Assembly (NCBI GenBank): GCA_964597895.1
Contig: CAZQZS010000002.1
Span: forward strand, 68,019 to 132,018
From: an uncultured Candidatus Saccharibacteria bacterium
GTDB taxonomy: Bacteria > Patescibacteriota > Doudnabacteria > UBA920
DNA length: 64,000 nt
Reading direction: 5' to 3'
The notes beneath the pieces are model-generated. The model saw only the letters and a program-made list of their open reading frames with translations. It did not search any database and was not told where the DNA came from. Both the position numbers and the translations under genes were made by a program. Shown in pieces: positions 58,039-64,000 of the stretch (its first letter is position 1; each line of letters begins with the position of its first letter).

Positions 58039-58455
58039 CTAATCCGCGATGAATAAAACATCAGGCTCATCGATCAAATGAAGCCCGGACAATCCTGTGA
58101 AGTCACGCTCAGGAGGTGTTGAGATGTGGAGCATCTCAACTTCTTCTTGGAGCATACTCCCGCGACGATCTTCTGGACCGTTCTGGTCTTCAGAAGACAG
58201 AAGCGCTTGCATTTTAGATCGACAGAGTCGACAGTCCGCAATGTGCGCGTGAAGAAGAAAAATCTCTTCTGCACAAAAATTACACGGCTTATCTGCCGAC
58301 GGTCCCGGACATAAATGCGCCACGAGCAGACCCATTTGACGATCGCTCAAATGAACCTTTTGAGCGTCCTCATCCTGCGAAAAATGGATCCTGTCGATCT
58401 CTAGGCTCTTTTGCGAGCCTCTGATCCTTCCAATAGCAACCATCTTTTTGTTCAT
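58039..58455 (-). CDS. hypothetical zinc-binding protein with a ZAS-like HxxxCxxC motif (possible zinc anti-sigma-factor-like protein)
   Basis: Start at MNKKMVAIG... with GAGGAGG SD on the minus strand. HLCPGPSADKPCNFC...(17 aa)...HIADCRLC has the H-x3-C-x2-C arrangement seen in RsrA/ChrR-type anti-sigma factors. Confidence 0.45.
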   Translation of the reverse strand: MNKKMVAIGRIRGSQKSLEIDRIHFSQDEDAQKVHLSDRQMGLLVAHLCPGPSADKPCNFCAEEIFLLHAHIADCRLCRSKMQALLSSEDQNGPEDRRGSMLQEEVEMLHISTPPERDFTGLSGLHLIDEPDVLFIAD

Positions 58456-58591
58456 GAATATCCTCCTCAAACGAAAAACCGGAATACGCCGGTACGCTTT
58501 GCAGCCTATCTGCTTTTCCTTTTTCTACTATACCATATTCTCTTAAGAAATGCAAGGATAACATAAGAAAGATATGGTATAATAAACACGC

Positions 58592-59269
58592 ATGATTGAA
58601 TTCAAAAAAGTTACTAAATATTACGGAAATCACAAAGCGTTAAACAACATCAACCTCCACATCAAGCAGGGGGAGTTTATTTCTTTGGTGGGCATGAGCG
58701 GCGCTGGAAAAAGCACCATGCTTAAGATGCTCGTTGGAGAAGAAGAGCTTGATGACGGCCAGATTTTGATTGACGACATAGACATGAGCAAAATCCGGAA
58801 AGCTGATTTGCCGTACTTACGACGCAAGATCGGTGTGGTTTTTCAAGATATTAAATTGCTACCGCGCCGCACAGCTTTCGAAAACGTGGCATTTGCCATG
58901 GAAGTTTCTGGTCACCGCAAGGAGCAAATCAATAAAGATGTGCCCCGAATTTTAGAGTTAGTGGGTCTCTCTCATAAAATGGATAACTTTCCCAATGAGA
59001 TGAGCGGTGGAGAAAAACAACGCGTGGCAATCGCGCGCAGTTTGGCCCATCGCCCTGTCTTACTTTTAGCAGACGAACCGACCGGGAACTTAGACGAAAT
59101 CAATGCCGCGGAAGTAATCGATTTGCTGCTAAAAATCAATAAACTTGGCACAACAGTATTGCTCGCAACTCACGCCGCTGATTTGGTCAACAAGATTAAG
59201 AAACGGGTAATTACCATAGAAGGTGGGCAAGTAACTATGGAGCAAGAAAAAGGAAAGTACAAACTATAA
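58592..59269 (+). CDS. ftsE: cell division ABC transporter ATP-binding protein FtsE
   Basis: Walker A GMSGAGKST, ABC signature MSGGEKQRVAIARSL, Walker B LLLADEPTGNLD. Immediately followed by ftsX. Confidence 0.9.
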   Translation: MIEFKKVTKYYGNHKALNNINLHIKQGEFISLVGMSGAGKSTMLKMLVGEEELDDGQILIDDIDMSKIRKADLPYLRRKIGVVFQDIKLLPRRTAFENVAFAMEVSGHRKEQINKDVPRILELVGLSHKMDNFPNEMSGGEKQRVAIARSLAHRPVLLLADEPTGNLDEINAAEVIDLLLKINKLGTTVLLATHAADLVNKIKKRVITIEGGQVTMEQEKGKYKL

Positions 59270-59273
59270 CTTT

Positions 59274-60191
59274 ATGCCATCCCTGATCCAGCTATACCGT
59301 ATCATCAAAAGCGGGTTAACCAATCTTCGTCGCAATGTCTGGCTAGCCGCGGCTTCCACTTTAATTATGACCATCACCTTGATTATTCTGTCGGTGATGA
59401 GTTTGTTATTTATCATTACCAGTTACAGTGTACAGTCAATCCAAGAACGCGTAGACATTAGTACGTACTTTAAAAGCGATGTTTCTGAAGCCCGCATTCT
59501 TGTCATCCGTGATGAACTGGAACAGGATTCCCGCATCCGTTCCGTAGATTACGTCTCCAGCGATCAGGCTCGCCAAGACTTTGAAGAAACTCATCAAGGC
59601 GATGATCAAATCCTAGACTCTCTGGAAGAACTCACCGACAACCCTTTTCCTTCCACCCTGCAAATCAAAGCTAATAACCTAGAAGATTATCCGGCCATTG
59701 CCCAGATGCTGGAAAGCAGCTCTTACCGCGACCTTATCGACGAGATTAATTTTGAGGATAATCGCGTTATTATTGAACGGTTAAATTCATTGCTCAGGTT
59801 TATTGTTACTTTCGGGTCGATTCTCATGATAGTATTCTGTTTGATTGCGATTTTAGTTATCTTTAACACCATTGCGCTTACCATCTATAACCGCCGCGAA
59901 GAAGTAGAAATCATGCGCTTAGTGGGCGCGACCAACTGGTTTATCCGTGGACCGTTCTTAGTAGAAGCTTTTGCTTACAGTATCATCGCTGCAATAATCA
60001 CCAGCGCCTTGGTATTTCCAATCTACTTCCAGATGCTGCCACGAATCAGCAACTACTTAACACCAGGGGCCAACATTTTTAATGGCGATGTACAGACATT
60101 CGGGCTGGTAGTGCTCGTGCAGTTAGGAATCGCGTTCATTTTGAGCGCTATCTCAAGCTTGCTGGCAATGCGAAAATACCTGCAAATTTAA
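59274..60191 (+). CDS. ftsX: cell division protein FtsX (ABC permease-like)
   Basis: 305 aa. N-terminal TM, periplasmic domain, three C-terminal TM segments with the EIMRLVGATNWFIRGPFLVEA pattern. Confidence 0.85.
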   Translation: MPSLIQLYRIIKSGLTNLRRNVWLAAASTLIMTITLIILSVMSLLFIITSYSVQSIQERVDISTYFKSDVSEARILVIRDELEQDSRIRSVDYVSSDQARQDFEETHQGDDQILDSLEELTDNPFPSTLQIKANNLEDYPAIAQMLESSSYRDLIDEINFEDNRVIIERLNSLLRFIVTFGSILMIVFCLIAILVIFNTIALTIYNRREEVEIMRLVGATNWFIRGPFLVEAFAYSIIAAIITSALVFPIYFQMLPRISNYLTPGANIFNGDVQTFGLVVLVQLGIAFILSAISSLLAMRKYLQI

Positions 60192-60204
60192 GCCGGTTAT
60201 CCAC

Positions 60205-60232
60205 TTGCACCAACTAAAACTTGGTATATAAT
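60205..60232 (+). promoter_or_regulatory. sigma-70-like promoter (TTGCAC-16-TATAAT) heading a ~215-nt leader upstream of rplI
   Basis: TTGCAC 60205-60210, TATAAT 60227-60232 with TG two nt upstream. A long untranslated region with hairpins follows. Confidence 0.4.
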
Positions 60233-60447
60233 AAAAAAGAGCCAAAACTCTCATTTAGGAACTATTGGGCGAATTCCGATTTGTACTAAATCTTGTCCTG
60301 TTGGCTGCAACAGTCTCAGAAATGCTCGCCGATGCTTAATCGCATCACTTGCGCTTTCTTCAACTGTTTCGCCAAACAGCCCAAAGATTTATTTCCAAAA
60401 GCAATTCACCCAACAGTTCCTGGAGGGTTTTTTCTTTTTTATAGATT

Positions 60448-60894
60448 ATGAAAGTTATTTTACTAAAAGATGTGCCAAAGGTTGGCAGAAGAGGGGAGAT
60501 CAAAGAAGTGAATACTGGTTACGCTACTAACTTCCTAATTAAGCAAGGATTGGCTCAAGCGGCCACCAGTGCTGCCCAGCACAAACTCGCCACAGAAAAG
60601 CGAGACAAAGACGCCCACAAGTCCAAAGTGCAGGAGCAGGCCCAAAGGCAGAAGGCTGAGCTACAAAAACGAACTTTTACGATCAAAGTTAAAGCCGGAG
60701 ATCAGGGCCAGCTATTCGGCGGGATAAAAGAGCAGGATGTATCAGCAGCAATTTATCCAAAAACAAAAATCCAGCTGCAAAAGTCGCAGATCTCAATTCC
60801 TCATGGAATCAAAAAACTGGGTGAACACACTATTGAAGTTAAGCTCGCACCAGGCATTTCTGCTAAACTCAGAATTAATTTAGAAAGTCTGTAA
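60448..60894 (+). CDS. rplI: 50S ribosomal protein L9
   Basis: [36 protein letters not shown] is the canonical L9 N-domain. C-domain [21 protein letters not shown]. Confidence 0.92.
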   Translation: MKVILLKDVPKVGRRGEIKEVNTGYATNFLIKQGLAQAATSAAQHKLATEKRDKDAHKSKVQEQAQRQKAELQKRTFTIKVKAGDQGQLFGGIKEQDVSAAIYPKTKIQLQKSQISIPHGIKKLGEHTIEVKLAPGISAKLRINLESL

Positions 60895-62588
60895 TGTCGT
60901 ACCATATCAAAACCCGAAAAGCTAAGAAACTAAATACTAAATTCATCTTTGTCTCAGGCGGTGTAATCTCTGGAGTGGGAAAAGGTGTAACAACCTCAAC
61001 AATCGCTACATTATTACAATCTCGAGGCTACGTTGTAGCGCCAGTAAAGTGTGATGCTTATCTCAATGTTGATGCAGGAACCATCCGCCCACAAGAACAC
61101 GGCGAAGTATTCGTGACCGACGATGGTATGGAGACCGATCAAGATTTAGGAAATTACGAACGATTTCTAAATACTGATTTATCTAAAGCTAATTACGTAA
61201 CAAATGGGCAGCTTTACCAAACCATTATTCAACGCGAACGGAATTTTGAATATGACGGCGAAGATGTAGAAGTGGCCTTGCATGTTCCCGAAGAAATTAT
61301 CAATCGTTTAGAACAAGCCGCCAAAGCGCGCAAGGCTGACTTTGTAATCTGTGAAGTCGGCGGCACTGTGGGCGAATACCAAAATATTTTGTTTATTGAG
61401 GCAAATCGGATTATGAAGTACCGCCACGGCCGCGACACTGCTCATGTTCATGTTGGCTACCTGCCAACTCCGCCCAGCATCGGCGAAATGAAATCTAAGC
61501 CAGTTCAAAACTCCGTTAAGCAGTTAATCTCTTCCGGAATCCAGCCCGATTTTTTGATTGCTCGGGCAGAATCCAAAATTGATGACCGCCGCAAACAAAC
61601 ACTCGCTTGGACCACAAACATTCCTGCCAGTCATATCATTGCCGCACCGAACGTGGACAGCATTTACCGCGTGCCGGTGAATTTCGAAAAAGAAGGATTG
61701 ACCGATCAGCTCCTCAAACACTTCGATTTACCTTCGCGCAAGCGCGATCTTAAAAATTGGAAAAAATTCAGTGATAAAATTTCCCGAATTGAGAATTCAG
61801 GAAAAATTTTGAACATTGCTGTAGTGGGAAAATATTTTGAAACCGGAGATTATAAACTTTCTGACGTATATGTTTCCGTAATTGAAGCGCTAAAACATGG
61901 TAGCTGGGCAAATAATGCTAAGGTAAATTTAGAATGGATTTCCAGCTCAACGATTGAAAAGCAAGGCGCTAAGAAAATCCTGACCGGTTACGACGGCATC
62001 TGCGTACCTGGTGGCTTTGGGAGTAGAGGAGTGGAAGGCATCATCCAAGCCATTGAATTCGCCCGCAAGCAGAAGATCCCTTATTTAGGTCTTTGCTATG
62101 GCATGCAATTGGCCACGATTGAATTCGCTCGTAACGTTTGCCGCCTACGAACCGCGCATACCACCGAAGTTGATTCCAAAGCCCGGCACCCGGTGATTCA
62201 CATCATGCCAGAGCAAGAAAAGCTCCTGCTTAACCGAGAGTATGGCGCAACCATGCGGCTCGGGGCTTGGGATTGCCTGGTCACTCGCGGGACTAAAACC
62301 GAAAAAGCTTACTTGCGCGGCGGCTGGATTAAGGCCAAAGGCTCTTCCAAAATTTCGGAACGTCATCGCCATCGCTATGAGTTCAATAATGAGTACCGAG
62401 AGAAACTAGAAAACGCTGGGCTAATAATCGCAGGAACAACGCCGGACGGTCAATTGGTAGAAATAATTGAACTCAAAGACCATCCTTTCTTTGTGGGAAC
62501 ACAGTTCCATCCGGAGTTTAAATCTCGGCCACTCAGTCCACATCCTCTGTTCACAGAATTTGTCCGCGCGATTATTAGACAAAAGTAA
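60894..62588 (+). CDS. pyrG: CTP synthase
   Basis: 564 aa. KFIFVSGGVISGVGKG, glutamine amidotransferase GLCYGMQ...HRHRYEFN. Conserved end to end. Confidence 0.97.
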   Translation: MSYHIKTRKAKKLNTKFIFVSGGVISGVGKGVTTSTIATLLQSRGYVVAPVKCDAYLNVDAGTIRPQEHGEVFVTDDGMETDQDLGNYERFLNTDLSKANYVTNGQLYQTIIQRERNFEYDGEDVEVALHVPEEIINRLEQAAKARKADFVICEVGGTVGEYQNILFIEANRIMKYRHGRDTAHVHVGYLPTPPSIGEMKSKPVQNSVKQLISSGIQPDFLIARAESKIDDRRKQTLAWTTNIPASHIIAAPNVDSIYRVPVNFEKEGLTDQLLKHFDLPSRKRDLKNWKKFSDKISRIENSGKILNIAVVGKYFETGDYKLSDVYVSVIEALKHGSWANNAKVNLEWISSSTIEKQGAKKILTGYDGICVPGGFGSRGVEGIIQAIEFARKQKIPYLGLCYGMQLATIEFARNVCRLRTAHTTEVDSKARHPVIHIMPEQEKLLLNREYGATMRLGAWDCLVTRGTKTEKAYLRGGWIKAKGSSKISERHRHRYEFNNEYREKLENAGLIIAGTTPDGQLVEIIELKDHPFFVGTQFHPEFKSRPLSPHPLFTEFVRAIIRQK

Positions 62589-62593
62589 TGAAT

Positions 62594-62634
62594 CAAAAAA
62601 ACCGCCCTTCGAAAAGCTCGGGGCGGTTTTTTTA
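62594..62634. terminator. bidirectional terminator between pyrG (+) and rpmA (-)
   Basis: AAAAAAACCGCCC...GGGCGGTTTTTTT: stem flanked by A-run and T-run. Confidence 0.65.
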
Positions 62635-62642
62635 TTGATGCA

Positions 62643-62969
62643 TTATGCTTCTACAGGAGCCTGTGCTTTAGCAGGAGCAGTTTTGGTTTGGGCGACTGGC
62701 TCAACAGTTACAATCCTAGTCTTACGAAGGTTGCCGTGGAATTTGCGAACCATTTTGGTTTGGAACTTCACGATACCGTCGATTAGAGAATAAAGAGTAG
62801 AGTCACCAGCGGTTTGAACATTTTTACCAGCGTGGTATTTGTTACCATGCTGACGAACAATGATTTCACCCTTGTTTACACGTTGGTTACCAAAAATTTT
62901 TACACCAAGTCGTTTGGATACGGAGTCTCGGCCTAAACTGGTAGAGCCTCCGGCTTTCTTATGTGCCAT
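62643..62969 (-). CDS. rpmA: 50S ribosomal protein L27 with an Ala/Pro/Lys-rich C-terminal extension
   Basis: [51 protein letters not shown] is canonical L27. About 25 extra residues at the C-terminus. Confidence 0.95.
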   Translation of the reverse strand: MAHKKAGGSTSLGRDSVSKRLGVKIFGNQRVNKGEIIVRQHGNKYHAGKNVQTAGDSTLYSLIDGIVKFQTKMVRKFHGNLRKTRIVTVEPVAQTKTAPAKAQAPVEA

Positions 62970-63030
62970 GGCATTTCAGATCTCTGAATTAGAATTGTAC
63001 AGAACTCAATCTGCCGTTTCTTCTTCAAAG

Positions 63031-64000
63031 TTAATTCTTTTGAAAAATGATTATCTCCCTGGCGACGATCTGGTCTTTCCGGTCATAGATTGCCGTGCCC
63101 TGATCCGTTAACTTCAGGAACGGCAAACTCTCGGCCAAATCTTTTGGAATCAAATCTACCAAATTATAGCCAATTTCTTTAATAAAGTCAAGGCTTTCCA
63201 GATGGGTATAGTGGTCGTTTTTCTTGTAAGCTGGCAAGCACATAACTACTTTATCGCCACTTGATAAAAACTTAAAGTACTCCTGAAAGGCCTTAGTATA
63301 CAATTCAGTTAGCTCTTTAAAATTCGCGGTAATCTCAGCAGGGGAGGGGAACTCTGTATACATCGGGCCCAAATACCCCTCTGTAACGATACCGTTGACT
63401 TGCTTAAACGCGCCAACCTTGGCTAGATTATCAACAACCTTGGAAACACTAGCTACATCGGAAACTTCTACATGATATTTGCCTTTTGGAATCTTGTAGC
63501 GATTTCTAAACCACTCTAGGTTTTTTTCGCTGCCTGCGATAGCAGTTGGATTGATATCCGTGCCAAGCATTTTATAACCCTGTAAGACACCTTCCTGAAC
63601 TATCGTGCCAATACCGCAAAAAGGATCTAAGAGTGTTGATCCAGGCTTGGCTCCGGCAAAGTTAACCATCATCTGGGCTACTTTTGGCGGAATCATACCT
63701 TGCTTGTCATCACGCACCGGACGCTGATAATCGCGCCGGCCATAATCTTCAAAGTCCTGCACAGTTAAAGTTTTCGAAACATAAAGTTTAGTAGGGGAGG
63801 CGATAACGCAGATCTCAGCGCCCTTGGTGAGTAGGTTATTGTGCTTCACAGCGACAGAGGCTAAAGTCAGAGAATTAAACTGCGGTAAAACAAGTCTAAT
63901 GCTGGAGCCGCCATCCTGCATAGCGCGTTTAATAAACATGCCCAAACGCTTTGGTTCGCTAAAAGCTTTAATTTCAGGATCAAGAAGATAGACGCTAACC
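63031..64000 (-). CDS. THUMP-domain RNA (m2G-type, UPF0020-like) methyltransferase; 5' end beyond the right edge of the window
   Basis: SAM motif I LLDPFCGIGTI, ...TDINPTAI..., N-terminal THUMP-like region. The minus-strand frame stays open to nt 64000, so the listed 63945 start is not the true start. Confidence 0.7.
   Translation of the reverse strand, partial: VSVYLLDPEIKAFSEPKRLGMFIKRAMQDGGSSIRLVLPQFNSLTLASVAVKHNNLLTKGAEICVIASPTKLYVSKTLTVQDFEDYGRRDYQRPVRDDKQGMIPPKVAQMMVNFAGAKPGSTLLDPFCGIGTIVQEGVLQGYKMLGTDINPTAIAGSEKNLEWFRNRYKIPKGKYHVEVSDVASVSKVVDNLAKVGAFKQVNGIVTEGYLGPMYTEFPSPAEITANFKELTELYTKAFQEYFKFLSSGDKVVMCLPAYKKNDHYTHLESLDFIKEIGYNLVDLIPKDLAESLPFLKLTDQGTAIYDRKDQIVAREIIIFQKN

Noticed and set aside
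63031-63945. TTG-initiated 304-aa start for the methyltransferase
   Set aside because: The minus-strand frame remains open to the window edge (…VSVYLLDPEIKAFSEPKRLGMF…). The gene therefore continues beyond nt 64000 and the listed start is an artefact of the window boundary.

Overview
This 64 kb window reads as a compact, gene-dense chromosome segment from a reduced-genome bacterium. The gene content and small housekeeping proteins suggest a Candidate Phyla Radiation / Saccharibacteria-like organism; this is a guess from content only.

The genetic code looks standard. TGA terminates several well-supported genes, and an intact RF2 gene (prfB) with the SPF and GGQ motifs is present in a single frame.

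Nearly everything is on the + strand and is core machinery:
- Protein export: secA, secD, secF, secE.
- A cell-division/cell-wall block: PBP5-like carboxypeptidase, mraY, a D-aminoacylase-family amidohydrolase, murD, ftsW, a 715-aa unknown, murJ.
- lepA, and a complete F-type ATP synthase operon (atpZ-like, atpB, atpE, atpF, atpH, atpA, atpG, atpD, atpC).
- Two tRNA clusters: Gly-CCC and Thr-CGT; initiator Met, a second CAT tRNA, and Asp-GTC.
- secE-nusG-rplK ... rplA, a thymidylate block (dcd-tmk-thyA-folA), prfB, ftsEX, rplI, pyrG and rpmA.

Many genes are preceded by near-consensus TTGACA-17-TATAAT promoters and followed by clean hairpin plus T-tract terminators.

Loci not explained by routine annotation:
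1. A three-gene cassette (8973-13028): an N-terminal sigma-70 region-4 HTH protein, a membrane protein, and a translationally coupled soluble TraD/VirD4/TrwB-like coupling ATPase with a long disordered tail.
2. A consensus-promoter-driven antisense small membrane protein gene inside the atp operon, between atpA and atpG.
3. A 45-aa Lys/Ala/Arg-rich histone-H1-like protein absent from the ORF track, with a hairpin-rich leader.
4. Two identical 117-bp tandem repeats that each begin with the first 19 nt of the adjacent tRNA-Asp, preceded by a GC-rich hairpin-dense intergenic region.
5. An overlapping rmuC-NYN-PIN nuclease operon followed by a UvrD-helicase / Cas4-like nuclease fusion, directly downstream of tRNA-Asp and island-like.
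6. A PheS fused to a C-terminal FDX-ACB anticodon-binding domain, preceded by a stand-alone tRNA-binding-domain protein; this is a mitochondrial-like PheRS architecture.
7. A 730-bp insertion between rplK and rplA (GC-rich structured RNA plus a small membrane protein), and an ECF sigma factor where rplJL-rpoBC would normally follow.

No CRISPR array, transposase, integrase or reverse transcriptase was seen.
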